Notes under the pieces: model-generated | Told to the model about the DNA's origin: nothing | The model's input: only the letters and a program-made list of their open reading frames with translations | The model's database searches: none | Assembly (NCBI GenBank): GCA_944389095.1 | Contig: CALXLC010000023.1 | Location: forward strand, 84 to 64,083 | Direction of reading: 5' to 3' | Length of the DNA stretch: 64,000 nucleotides | Source: an uncultured Alphaproteobacteria bacterium | GTDB taxonomy: Bacteria; Pseudomonadota; Alphaproteobacteria; RF32; CAG-239 | In this document: in pieces, positions 8,116 through 18,780 of the stretch | Layout: each line of letters begins with the position of its first letter | Numbering within the stretch: the stretch's first letter is position 1 | Program-made: the position numbers and the translations under genes

Positions 8116-8970
8116 ATGGAATTGAGTTTTTGGGATACTTGGAGCAGGCAGGAAATTAACGCGTTATTTGAAAAGCTTTATCAGAAATCCGCCGCAAATA
8201 TTCCGACTGCAAAAAATACACCGCAGGCAGTGTTTCTTGACGGATTAAAAGGTGTTGGAAAATCTTCTTTTGCACGCGCTTTTCTGAAAGATAATCCCGA
8301 TTTTATTCTGCTCAGCGTTGATAATCTGCTTAAGGACAGTCCCGACTATCAACCGCAAAATCTTCGGCTTAATGACAAATATGCCCCGGATAATCTGTAT
8401 TTTGCGGATTTAATGGATTTTGGCGTTTATGCATCCCGGCACATTGTTTTTCGCGCCATGCAGGAGCGGAAAAACATTTTAACGGACGGTTTGTCCGGCA
8501 ATTTGTTGCATGATGCCGTTCAGACTTTGAAATCCGGCGGGTACGAGGTTCGGGGAAAAGTGTTGGCTGCACCCAAACGGCTGCTGGACCTGAATATTCT
8601 GACTCGTCTGATTGCCGCTCACGAGACATTTCCGGAAACCATGATTGCAACCAATTTGCGGCAATCGCGTTTTGCGGTTGATACCGTTTTACGCAATTTG
8701 GAAACTTTCAGCCGCTATGATGTTCCGGTGCAGATGCTTTCTGCCGGCGGCAAAAAAATTCTTTCAGAAAAAAATGTTTCCGCCAAAGAATTTGAACAAG
8801 AATTTTATCGCCCGCTGTCTTCTGAAGAGAATCAGGAACTTGTCCAGCGTCAAAAATTTTTGAAACAAAAAATTTCTCTTCTGCCGTTGACGGAAAAACA
8901 AAAACGTTTTTATATTCATGCCGTTAACGCTTGTGCGCAGCCGTTTCTGCCGGACGGAAGACATCGCTGA
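8116..8970 (+). CDS. Zeta-toxin-like P-loop kinase domain protein
   Basis: Start at the ATG at 8116 (the track start at 7957 lies inside the repeat). Walker A is GLKGVGKS, preceded by TPQAVFLDG. The later GGYEVRGKVLAAP...L block fits the zeta_toxin (PF06414) layout as I remember it. Confidence 0.55.
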   Translation: MELSFWDTWSRQEINALFEKLYQKSAANIPTAKNTPQAVFLDGLKGVGKSSFARAFLKDNPDFILLSVDNLLKDSPDYQPQNLRLNDKYAPDNLYFADLMDFGVYASRHIVFRAMQERKNILTDGLSGNLLHDAVQTLKSGGYEVRGKVLAAPKRLLDLNILTRLIAAHETFPETMIATNLRQSRFAVDTVLRNLETFSRYDVPVQMLSAGGKKILSEKNVSAKEFEQEFYRPLSSEENQELVQRQKFLKQKISLLPLTEKQKRFYIHAVNACAQPFLPDGRHR

Positions 8971-8979
8971 TTTTTTTGC

Positions 8980-9015
8980 AAAAAAAGACTCCCGAAACGG
9001 GAGCCTTTTCTTTTA
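8980..9015. terminator. Bidirectional terminator between the zeta-like gene and eno
   Basis: ctcccg aaa cgggag hairpin (8989-9003), flanked by an A-run and ttttctttt. Confidence 0.6.
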
Positions 9016-9031
9016 AGAACAATCGATTTGA

Positions 9032-10948
<1,917 letters not shown>

Positions 10949-11089
10949 ATTTCGCCGAAGCAGCACCCTTTAAATCCATAAATCTGCTGTTTATATAACC
11001 CTGTAGCAGAAGGTTTAAGTTTATTTAAACATTTGGGTTTAGCCTAAAAACCGAACTAATGTATTCGGTTTAGACGCAGGGAGATTAAG

Positions 11090-11728
11090 ATGAAGATTCT
11101 TATAGCGGACGACCATGCATTGTTTCGTGACGGTTTGAGCATGCATCTCGAACAAATTGCCCCGGAGGCAGTCATTTCGCAGGCCGGAAATTTTTCTCAG
11201 GCCGTTAAACTGCTGGATGACGATAACCGGTTTGATTTGATCCTTCTGGATTTGGATATGCCGGATATGAACTGGGAAGAAGGAATCTCTAAAATCAAAC
11301 ACAAGGCTCCTCAGGCCAGACTGGCTGTTATTTCGGCTTCGGATGACCTGCGTTGTGTGCGGAAAGCTCTGGCGGAGGGCATCAGCGGATATATTCCCAA
11401 AAGAGCGGATACCAAAGTTTTGAGGTCGGCTTTGAAACTTATTCTGGACGGTGGCACCTATCTTCCGCCTTCCGTTCTCAGTCAGGCTAACGCCGGATTA
11501 TTCGGTGAACAGCCCGGAGAAACAAAATCCCGCAATAAAACACTGACACCGCGGCAAACGGAAGTTCTCGGTTTTGTGGCCGAGGGAATGTCCAACAAAC
11601 AGATTGCTTATGAAATGGGCGTTTCGGAAGCAACCGTTAAACTGCACATCAATGCCCTGCTGCGTGCCGTCGGGGCCACCAATCGCACTCAGGCGGTTAT
11701 TATTGCCCAGAAAACAGGGCTGATTTAA
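11090..11728 (+). CDS. NarL/FixJ (LuxR-HTH) family response regulator, no adjacent kinase
   Basis: Receiver domain MKILIADDH...LILLDLDMPDM, with a C-terminal LTPRQTEVLGFVAEGMSNKQIAYEMGVSEATVKLHI. Confidence 0.88.
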   Translation: MKILIADDHALFRDGLSMHLEQIAPEAVISQAGNFSQAVKLLDDDNRFDLILLDLDMPDMNWEEGISKIKHKAPQARLAVISASDDLRCVRKALAEGISGYIPKRADTKVLRSALKLILDGGTYLPPSVLSQANAGLFGEQPGETKSRNKTLTPRQTEVLGFVAEGMSNKQIAYEMGVSEATVKLHINALLRAVGATNRTQAVIIAQKTGLI

Positions 11729-11744
11729 TTTTTTTCTTTTGAAA

Positions 11745-11782
11745 AACCCCCGGAATAAAAATATTCCGGGGGTTTGTTTTTT
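11745..11782 (+). terminator. Rho-independent terminator of the response regulator gene
   Basis: aacccccggaat/attccgggggtt stem followed by tgtttttt. Confidence 0.8.
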
Positions 11783-11813
11783 GCCGGTTTCGTCCAGAGG
11801 ATTTAATTGATGA

Positions 11814-11842
11814 TTGATATATGCCTTTAATTTTGTTATAAT
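11814..11842 (+). promoter_or_regulatory. Strong sigma70-like promoter in front of the Cys-rich gene
   Basis: TTGATA (11814-11819), 17-nt spacer, TATAAT (11837-11842), with TG two nt upstream of the -10. Confidence 0.55.
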
Positions 11843-11883
11843 GGAGGATAGAGAAGCGGTTTCAACAGCAAAGGACGAGGACC

Positions 11884-13643
11884 ATGAGAAAGCCGGTGTT
11901 TAAGTTTATTCTGTTTTGTTTAACCTTAGGCGGCTTCTTATGGTCGGCCTCTGCTTTTTGCACAACACCAACACACACATCTTGGGAACCATCTTCTCTC
12001 ATTTCCGGTAACGGATATCAATTAGCCAAGACATGGTTTCTGCCGGACTGGCAAAGCGACACCCGCTCTTATAACACCGACGTCGGCAACAATGACGACG
12101 GCGGCGGCGATGCTGAGAAAACCTGCGAAACTTATGGTTTTGCCTCGCCGGATTCGATTGATTTAAGTTTGTACGACTGTTCCGATTATGACATTAAGCC
12201 CCTATACGGTCTGGAATGTTACACAGGCTGTGTTTGCAAGTCGAAATTTCAATATGATGATGACAATTGCAGCGGCAATTACACGCCAAGCGGAACATCC
12301 TGAGGCGGAAAATATGACTCTTGTGTCTGCAAAAACGAGTTTTGGTATACAACTGCCAACTGTTCGGGGAATATGAACCAAGCGGTTCGTATTGCGGCGG
12401 AAAATACAATGATTGTACCATGCGTTCGGAATGTATGGTGACATCACGTTCCTGCCCCTACGGCTGTTCCTTTTACAATGATTGCGACAAATGTGTTGAA
12501 TGTGCAGAAAATCCCGATTGCGACGTCTCTCCGGTCTCGTGTACTTACGGCTGCGCGTCAACCAATTCCTGCGATATATGTATCTCGTGCGCCTCAAATC
12601 CCGATTGCGACGTTGAATCAAAATACTGCAGTTACGGTTGTGCTTCCTATAACAGTTGTCAGAAATGCGTGGCTTGTGAAGAAGAACCTGCCTGTACGTA
12701 CAGTTTGACGGCATCTGACTGCAGTGCCGAATGCAGGAGCGTCGGTTCAAGTTCCTGCGTCCAGGACGGCACGACTTATTATGCCTCCTGCGGCGCGTCC
12801 AAATGCGGCAGCGGGCAGAGCTGCAGCAACGGAACCTGCGTGGACGATTGTACACCGTTAAATGATGAAGAAAACTGCAGCTGGGGCAGCAAGAGTTGTT
12901 CTGACAACTGCGGCGGTTACCGCAGCTGCTGCAAAACGGCGGCGGAATACTGCACGGAGAGTGGTTACAGCTCCGGCGCGACTTGTGACAAAGGACAAAC
13001 AACGGAAACTTGTCCGGCAGACAGCGGCTACAAGAAATGCAGCGGTGACGGATGTCCGAGTTCGCAAACCTGCACTTACGGATGCAAGACTTACAGCAGT
13101 CAGAGTGGCTGCAGTGACGTCTGTACGGCCTGTTACGATGACAACTGTCACAACCGGACGGCGGTCAGTATTCCGGCCAATGCCTCCTGCTCAAGTTACT
13201 TCAGCGACTGCCCGAGTAAATGTTCGGCCTGGGCTTGTAACTCGGGATACAATAAATCCGGCAACAGCTGCGTCTGCGCCACGACCTGCACGGATATTGT
13301 TACCAGCAAGCCGGCCAATTCGACTTATACAACAAGTTCCTGTACGGCCTGCGGTGTGACGACAACAATCAATACAGGTTGGACTTGTAATGACGGGTAT
13401 ATCCAAAGCGGCAACAGCTGCAAAGAAGATGTTTATGTAGTCAGCGGAGAAGGTTTTGTGGGCACTATAACTCCTGATCCCGATTATGACGGGGGCTTTT
13501 CAATCGTTGAGGGAAGCTGTGTGTGCGTTTATTCAGACGGAACCGAGGAATGGACTCAATTGACACTTCATGGAATGGATGAGGCGTTGGGTGTAGAAAG
13601 CGAATTTAATGCTTATTGCATTATGCAAGTCTGCGGCTTGTAA
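11884..13643 (+). pseudogene. Secreted Cys-rich repeat protein gene, interrupted by an in-frame TGA (12301-12303) and a 1-nt frameshift at the G4 run (12366-12369)
   Basis: Track ORFs 11884-12303 and 12321-13643 join into one reading. It runs CSGNYTPSGTS*GGKYDSCVCKNEFWYTTANCSG, then after the shift EYEPSGSYCGGKYNDC. The two halves of that string are paralogous repeats. Signal peptide is MRKPVFKFILFCLTLGGFLWSASA. Confidence 0.7.
12447..12698 (+). repeat. Three tandem ~84-bp (28-aa) Cys-rich coding repeats
   Basis: SCPYGCSFYNDCDKCVECAENPDCDV / SCTYGCASTNSCDICISCASNPDCDV / YCSYGCASYNSCQKCVACEEEPACTY. Confidence 0.85.
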
Positions 13644-13703
13644 AAGATTCCTTAAATTGCCGTCCGACACAAAGCTCCTCGGGTCGGGGAGGAAATTGCA
13701 GAT

Positions 13704-14828
13704 TTAATTTCCGGCGTTGTCGACATAGCTGCGAATGCTGGCGCCAAAAGTCTGGTGGATATAATTGGTGAGTTCAGACGGCTTTTCCTTAAACCGTTCC
13801 GCCTCGCTTTGCGCCTGAAGAACCTCGTCAATTTTCATTTTGCTTTCCAATGCATTGCGCTTTTCGGCGGCTCCTGCCGCGCCGCGCACCGCTGCAAGGT
13901 TAAACATGACATGCGCCGTATAAATATCCTGTGTGTATTTTTCTCCGCGCGCCAAAATATCGCCCAAGGTCATCATGGCCTGAATATGTCCCTGCGCAAC
14001 TGCCTCTTTGAGATATTTTACACCGTTGCCGTAGTTTTGCGGAAAGCCCTGGCCGTTAATATACATCAGCGATAACACATATTGCGCGTCGTCATAACCG
14101 GCTTTGGCCGCGTCTCGCATCATTATTGCCGCGGCATTGTAATCGCGCTGCAAAAGTTTTCCGGTATATTTGGCATATCCCGTCATAAATTCGGCTGTGG
14201 GATTTTTCTTTTCGGCGGCCTGTTCAAAAAGCTGCATGGCCTGTCCGGGATTTTTGACCACCCCGTTGCCGGTCAGCAGAATAAAACCTAAATTTACCGC
14301 CGCTTCGGTATTGCCGAGTTTGGCCGCTTTTTCGAACAAAATTGCCGCTTTGGCAGTATTGCGGGGAATGCCGATGCCGCTGTAATAAAGGCTGCCGAGA
14401 TTGTTGAGGCCGACATTGTCGTTTTGCATCGCGGCCTGCGCATAATATTCAAAAGCTTTGTCATAATTGACTTCGGCGCCGTTTTCACCGTAAAGATATG
14501 AATAACCGAGCGATAACTGGGCGTTGACATCGCCTTTTTCTGCCTGCAAAATCGTCTGCTGCAACGGCGACAACTGCTGTCCGGGGACCTGTTTGACCTC
14601 GCTTTTTTTGGGCGTTGACTTAAAATTCAAAAACGAAAAAATATTAAATCCATCATCTTTTTCCGATGCAGAACCGGCTTTTGCCGCCGCTTTGTCCGAA
14701 CTTTCGTTTTCCGCTTCCGGCGTGCCGTCAAACAATGAAATATAAGCCTTGTCATCGGCAGCCCGCGCTACTGCTGTCCCCGCCATAAGCGCGGCAATAA
14801 AACAAACCAAACCTTTTTGCATGTGCAT
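13704..14828 (-). CDS. Sel1-like repeat (SLR) secreted protein
   Basis: Signal peptide MHMQKGLVCFIAALMAGTAVARA. Repeated A.YNLG.MY..G.GV..D...A...Y.KAA-type units follow (e.g. GLNNLGSLYYSGIGIPRNTAKAAILFEKAAKLGN). Confidence 0.85.
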   Translation of the reverse strand: MHMQKGLVCFIAALMAGTAVARAADDKAYISLFDGTPEAENESSDKAAAKAGSASEKDDGFNIFSFLNFKSTPKKSEVKQVPGQQLSPLQQTILQAEKGDVNAQLSLGYSYLYGENGAEVNYDKAFEYYAQAAMQNDNVGLNNLGSLYYSGIGIPRNTAKAAILFEKAAKLGNTEAAVNLGFILLTGNGVVKNPGQAMQLFEQAAEKKNPTAEFMTGYAKYTGKLLQRDYNAAAIMMRDAAKAGYDDAQYVLSLMYINGQGFPQNYGNGVKYLKEAVAQGHIQAMMTLGDILARGEKYTQDIYTAHVMFNLAAVRGAAGAAEKRNALESKMKIDEVLQAQSEAERFKEKPSELTNYIHQTFGASIRSYVDNAGN

Positions 14829-14886
14829 TATCCCTTTAAAATTTAGCACATTATAGCTTTAAAAGGTTTTTTTTCAATTAAGATAA

Positions 14887-16338
14887 TCAGCGTGACGCGC
14901 TTTTTTTGAAAAACGGCTTGTATGAGCGGATGTCCGCCAAATATTTGCCGTCTATCTGCGGCTGATAGCGGCGATAAACATCTTTGACCCAGGCGGCGCT
15001 GTCATTAAAACTGTCTTTTTTGAGCGCAACGGAAGAGCGCACCAGCAGCGCTTTGTCCAACAAACGGCGGCACAGCGGCCAGGTTCCGTCGGCATCGGGT
15101 TTGACTCCCGCTGTGGAAAGCATGTCTTCCATATTGCGCATTTCCTGCAAAACAAACATATTATAATGACTGAACGTGCGGCGGTTAATCTGCTGAATAT
15201 TCAGCAGGCGGCTGTAAATTTTGGCATTGTAAACCTTTTTATCACCTTCGGTCAGAAGGCCGTAAAACTCTTGCTGCAATTTGCGGACGCGCTCATATTC
15301 GCGATGAGTCAGCAAATCTCCTTCAAAAAACTGTATTTCGGTTTTATACTGAACTTCGGCCAAAAAATTATGATTTCGGCGGCCTTGTCCCCTTTTTTCA
15401 TAACGATTATGGATTTCGTCGCTGATGCTGACATACAAATAATTTTTCATATCCCGGTAGTTTTTGCTGTTTTTGTAAAAAGCTTTGTAATTTTTGGGAT
15501 TGTTATCAAGATACTTGCTCGGACGAGAACTCTTTTGCGCCAAGCCCCGCTGCAGGCTCAGTTTGAACAAGGCATCAATATCGTCATACCGCGGCGCCAA
15601 AACCGTGCAACGGATGGCATCTTTGAATTTTGCTATCGGCGTGCGCAATTTGGCCATGTCAAGTCCGGCCTCTTCCGGCGTCTGTCCCGGACGGAGTTTT
15701 GACAACTCTTTCCGGCGCTCCAGGTCATATTTTCCGCCGATTTTAACCTTCTCAATAGCGCGGCGGACATCTTTCATCATCGGCATAATCAATTTGATGT
15801 TTATATGCGCAGGTGATGCCCCCGGAATTTGATTTTCCAGCCGCCAGGGCGCTTCAACTTCGTATTCATAAACCATAGTGGTTTTGGGGCCGACATGTTC
15901 GTCAAAATATGCGGTCTTTTCATCTATGCGGCCGGTGAACAAATTGATGTAATGTTTCGATTTTGGCTGCGATCCGAGCAGATTGTTGACACTTTCTTTA
16001 AATGCGGCAAAGATTTCGGTGCCGTTCTGATAATAGTCATGCAAAAAATCGCGGGTTTCGGCGTCAATCTCTCCTTTTTGAAAACTCTCTTCTATAATAC
16101 GGAGATTTTCATCGTCATCTTTGAGCTGATCAGCCTCAATCTCTTCTCTGGACAAGTCAAGCCGGGGCCTGCCGTATTCAACGATATCTTCCAGGCGGCC
16201 TTTTTCGACCAGTTCGTCACGATTGTCGACCGGATCTTTGGGAATTTTGATTTCTTCAACATCCACAATCAGCGGAACGGCTTGCGGATTGCTGTATTCT
16301 TCTTCAACTACTTTTTTATTATCCATTTTATTGTCCAT
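14887..16338 (-). CDS. Hypothetical protein with a RelA/SpoT-like nucleotidyltransferase motif series (tentative)
   Basis: 483-aa ORF. Around aa 190-352: RAIEKVK...ERRK; FKDAIRCTVLAPRYDDIDALF; NYRDMKNYLYV; FLAEVQYKTEIQFFEGDLLTHREYERVRK. These parallel RVK..S..K..RK / DIAGLRI / GYRSxHL / EIQIRT...H...YK of small alarmone synthetases. Confidence 0.35.
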   Translation of the reverse strand: MDNKMDNKKVVEEEYSNPQAVPLIVDVEEIKIPKDPVDNRDELVEKGRLEDIVEYGRPRLDLSREEIEADQLKDDDENLRIIEESFQKGEIDAETRDFLHDYYQNGTEIFAAFKESVNNLLGSQPKSKHYINLFTGRIDEKTAYFDEHVGPKTTMVYEYEVEAPWRLENQIPGASPAHINIKLIMPMMKDVRRAIEKVKIGGKYDLERRKELSKLRPGQTPEEAGLDMAKLRTPIAKFKDAIRCTVLAPRYDDIDALFKLSLQRGLAQKSSRPSKYLDNNPKNYKAFYKNSKNYRDMKNYLYVSISDEIHNRYEKRGQGRRNHNFLAEVQYKTEIQFFEGDLLTHREYERVRKLQQEFYGLLTEGDKKVYNAKIYSRLLNIQQINRRTFSHYNMFVLQEMRNMEDMLSTAGVKPDADGTWPLCRRLLDKALLVRSSVALKKDSFNDSAAWVKDVYRRYQPQIDGKYLADIRSYKPFFKKSASR

Positions 16339-16414
16339 GAGGCTCTTTTTTGTCCATTTGTCATATTACATGATTTCAAATAGTTTTTCAAGCCCCTTTT
16401 TCAAGGGTTAACGG

Positions 16415-16446
16415 ACAAAAAAAAGCGGCCGTCCGGCCGCTTTTTG
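16415..16446 (-). terminator. Rho-independent terminator of the flagellin gene
   Basis: gcggccg/cggccgc GC stem (16425-16440), flanked by A8 (U8 on the minus strand) and T5. Confidence 0.8.
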
Positions 16447-16462
16447 GAAAAAACTCCGTTTA

Positions 16463-17584
16463 TTATCCGAACAGACTCAGAACAGACTGGGCAGCCTGAG
16501 AAGCCAAACTCAGAGAGTTAATGGCCAGCTGCTGTCTGGTCTGCAGAGCCAGCATGTTGGCGGACTCCTCGTTCATATCGGCCAAGGTCAGCTTGTCAGA
16601 GCCTTCCTCCAGAACGTTAATCAGGTTCTCGGTGAAGTCTTCGCGGTTTTGAACAATTGAATAGTTGTTACCAAAAGTCGACGCCATGCTGCGCAGTGTA
16701 TTAATTGCGTCTTCCACGGATTGGATTGTTTGGTCGATTGCCTGATTATCCGCATTGCTCCAGTCTGCAGCAGGGAGCAGCTCCAAGCCTTCGGATGAAG
16801 CGTCAACACCTTCAATCAACAAATCGGAAGAGCGGTCTTCGTTGAAAACAACCGTCAAATCATTTTCCTGCAGCAGGTTGACGCCCTTGTATCCGGAATC
16901 TTTGGCAACCTGATCTATCTGGCGCAGAATTTCATTATACTGATCTTCATAAGCCAGACGCTCTTCGCTGCCCTGTTTGCCGCTGATGGTCAAGCCGTTG
17001 ACGGTTCCGCTGATGGTCCATGTGGCGTTGGGATTATCTGCCAAAGCATCAATTGAGATAACCCCGTCGTTATTGGTTACGGTGAAAGTATCCGGGACGG
17101 CCGTATCCAAAGCACCCTGCAAATTGGTTACTAAATCATCTATGTCTTCTCCCGTGCCGGCATTATTAAATTTTAATTCAACATCTTCACCGTTAAACGT
17201 AAATTCAAAGGTCACCTCCGTTGCCGCGGCCGCACCGGCGGCAAAGGTTCCGGTTGACTCTACGGGATCTTTTTTAGGAGCGGTATCGCGGGCAGAATTA
17301 ACAATTGCCTTGGCCTGCTGCGCAAAAGACGTAATCGTTTCAATTCCTTCGTTGGCGGCCTGAATGGTCTGAATCCCCTGGCCCATGCTGTCCAGCAGAG
17401 CATTTAAGTCACTGGCGCGGTTGGTCAGTGATTGCGCCGTGTAATAAGACGACGGATTATCAATTGCCGAATTGACTTTTTTGCCGGTGGACAAACGTTC
17501 TTGCGTCATATCCATCAAATCCTGCGTATTTTGCAGAGACAAAAGGTTTGAGCGCATGCTTGCGGTTAATGAAATTTCAGCCAT
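16463..17584 (-). CDS. fliC: Flagellin
   Basis: N-terminus LTASMRSNLLSLQNTQDLMDMTQERLSTGKKVNSAIDNPS and C-terminus LALQTRQQLAINSLSLASQAAQSVLSLF are conserved flagellin D0/D1 blocks. Confidence 0.92.
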   Translation of the reverse strand: MAEISLTASMRSNLLSLQNTQDLMDMTQERLSTGKKVNSAIDNPSSYYTAQSLTNRASDLNALLDSMGQGIQTIQAANEGIETITSFAQQAKAIVNSARDTAPKKDPVESTGTFAAGAAAATEVTFEFTFNGEDVELKFNNAGTGEDIDDLVTNLQGALDTAVPDTFTVTNNDGVISIDALADNPNATWTISGTVNGLTISGKQGSEERLAYEDQYNEILRQIDQVAKDSGYKGVNLLQENDLTVVFNEDRSSDLLIEGVDASSEGLELLPAADWSNADNQAIDQTIQSVEDAINTLRSMASTFGNNYSIVQNREDFTENLINVLEEGSDKLTLADMNEESANMLALQTRQQLAINSLSLASQAAQSVLSLFG

Positions 17585-17772
17585 AATATTCTCCCAACTG
17601 ACGGGCGCAAATGCCCAAAATTATTGCTTTCGGAAATAGTTTTAACCAATTATTAACTTTTGTCAATTCTCAATACAGCCCCGTGCATAACTTTTGATTT
17701 TGCACAAAAAAGGCGGAACAAAACCCTCTTTTTTTTCAGAAAAATCTATATCCGCATTTACCTTGCGGATAC

Positions 17773-17801
17773 CAAAAAAGGTGCCGAAGCACCCTTTTTT
17801 T
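17773..17801 (-). terminator. Rho-independent terminator of flbT
   Basis: On the minus strand: gggtgc-TTCG-gcacc followed by tttttt. Confidence 0.7.
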
Positions 17802-17823
17802 GATAAAGAATCCGACAGCTTGC

Positions 17824-18225
17824 TTAAACCTGCGCCATTTTTAATGTTTCGCCAAAAAGCTCGTCTTCTTTTTCCATCAGTTTTTCGGCAACTTTAATGG
17901 CTCCGTAATAATCGCCTTTGAGAATTTTTTCGTTTACCGGAGCAATGTAGGGAATCAAACTCGGCGCGGCATTCTGTAAATCACGCACATAGGTTAAATA
18001 CAAATCCTGCAACTCTTTGGCACCGCGGGACAAATACAGCTGCTGAACCACAAAATAAACTCTTTTGCTGGGGGTGTTGGCGTCTTTTTCGCGCAAAATA
18101 AACTTTTCACGCAAAATCGGAACGTTTCCTTCAATGTAAAAACGGGTGCGTTCGCCGTCGTTGGTTATCAGAGATTCCCCGATAATTATGCTCTCGTGGG
18201 GTTTCAGCTCTATTTTTAAAGGCAT
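17824..18225 (-). CDS. flbT: Flagellar biosynthesis repressor FlbT
   Basis: MPLKIELKPHESIIIGESLITNDGERTRFYIEGNVPILREKFIL matches the FlbT family consensus as I recall it (M.LK..LKP.E...ING....N....T.....N...ILRE). Confidence 0.8.
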   Translation of the reverse strand: MPLKIELKPHESIIIGESLITNDGERTRFYIEGNVPILREKFILREKDANTPSKRVYFVVQQLYLSRGAKELQDLYLTYVRDLQNAAPSLIPYIAPVNEKILKGDYYGAIKVAEKLMEKEDELFGETLKMAQV

Positions 18226-18342
18226 TGGTCTTCCTCCGCAGTCATTCATAAAACGTTTTATATATAATTGTTTTTTATTTTTTTTGCAAATCTTTATTTT
18301 TTTATGTATAAGTATTTTATCGTTAACGTCCGGAGATTTTAC

Positions 18343-18768
18343 ATGGATAATTTAAAAAAGCTGCTTTCTGCCAAAGAAAAAAGCATTTATATGCGCGCTT
18401 TGCTGTATGTGCTGACTTACGGAAAACGGCTGACAAAAGAAAATCAGGAGTATCTGCTCAAACAAGCCGAAGAAACCGGCGCAAAACCCGAAGTTATAAA
18501 AGAATTTCAGAAATTTAAATCTCCGGAAGAACTCGGACAGCTTATCTGTACGATTAAATCCATCCGCACCCGGCGTTTTATTTTGCGGGAAATGGTTATG
18601 CTGGCCGTGGCCGATCACGAAATCTCGGATAAGGAAATGACGGACATCTATATGGCGGGAACGACAGCCGGAATCAAGGAAGATAAAATCAACGACTTCT
18701 TCTTGTGGGCGGCCGAGGGAATCGACTGGCAAATCCGGGGCATGCACCTGATTACCGAAGATTTGTAA
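18343..18768 (+). CDS. TerB-like (DjlA N-terminal-like) domain protein
   Basis: 141 aa from the ATG at 18343. RFILREMVMLAVADHEISDKEMTDIYMAGTTAGI resembles the TerB-type ADG...E helix pair. Confidence 0.4.
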   Translation: MDNLKKLLSAKEKSIYMRALLYVLTYGKRLTKENQEYLLKQAEETGAKPEVIKEFQKFKSPEELGQLICTIKSIRTRRFILREMVMLAVADHEISDKEMTDIYMAGTTAGIKEDKINDFFLWAAEGIDWQIRGMHLITEDL

Positions 18769-18780
18769 TTTACGCAAGCC

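Noticed and set aside
12301-12303. TGA read as Trp (genetic code 4) or as a general readthrough codon
   Set aside because: Other well-supported genes in the window terminate with TGA at the expected protein ends (e.g. 8968-8970 and batA at 43133-43135). Alphaproteobacterial markers argue for code 11. The aligned paralogous repeat has Cys, not Trp.
12202-13359. ORFs 12202-13002 (-), 12862-13359 (+) and 12858-13151 (-) inside the Cys-rich gene
   Set aside because: These are alternative frames of a repetitive TGY/GGC-rich sequence. They translate to Arg/Ala/Thr/Val low complexity, whereas the Cys-repeat frame has clear periodic structure and a signal peptide.
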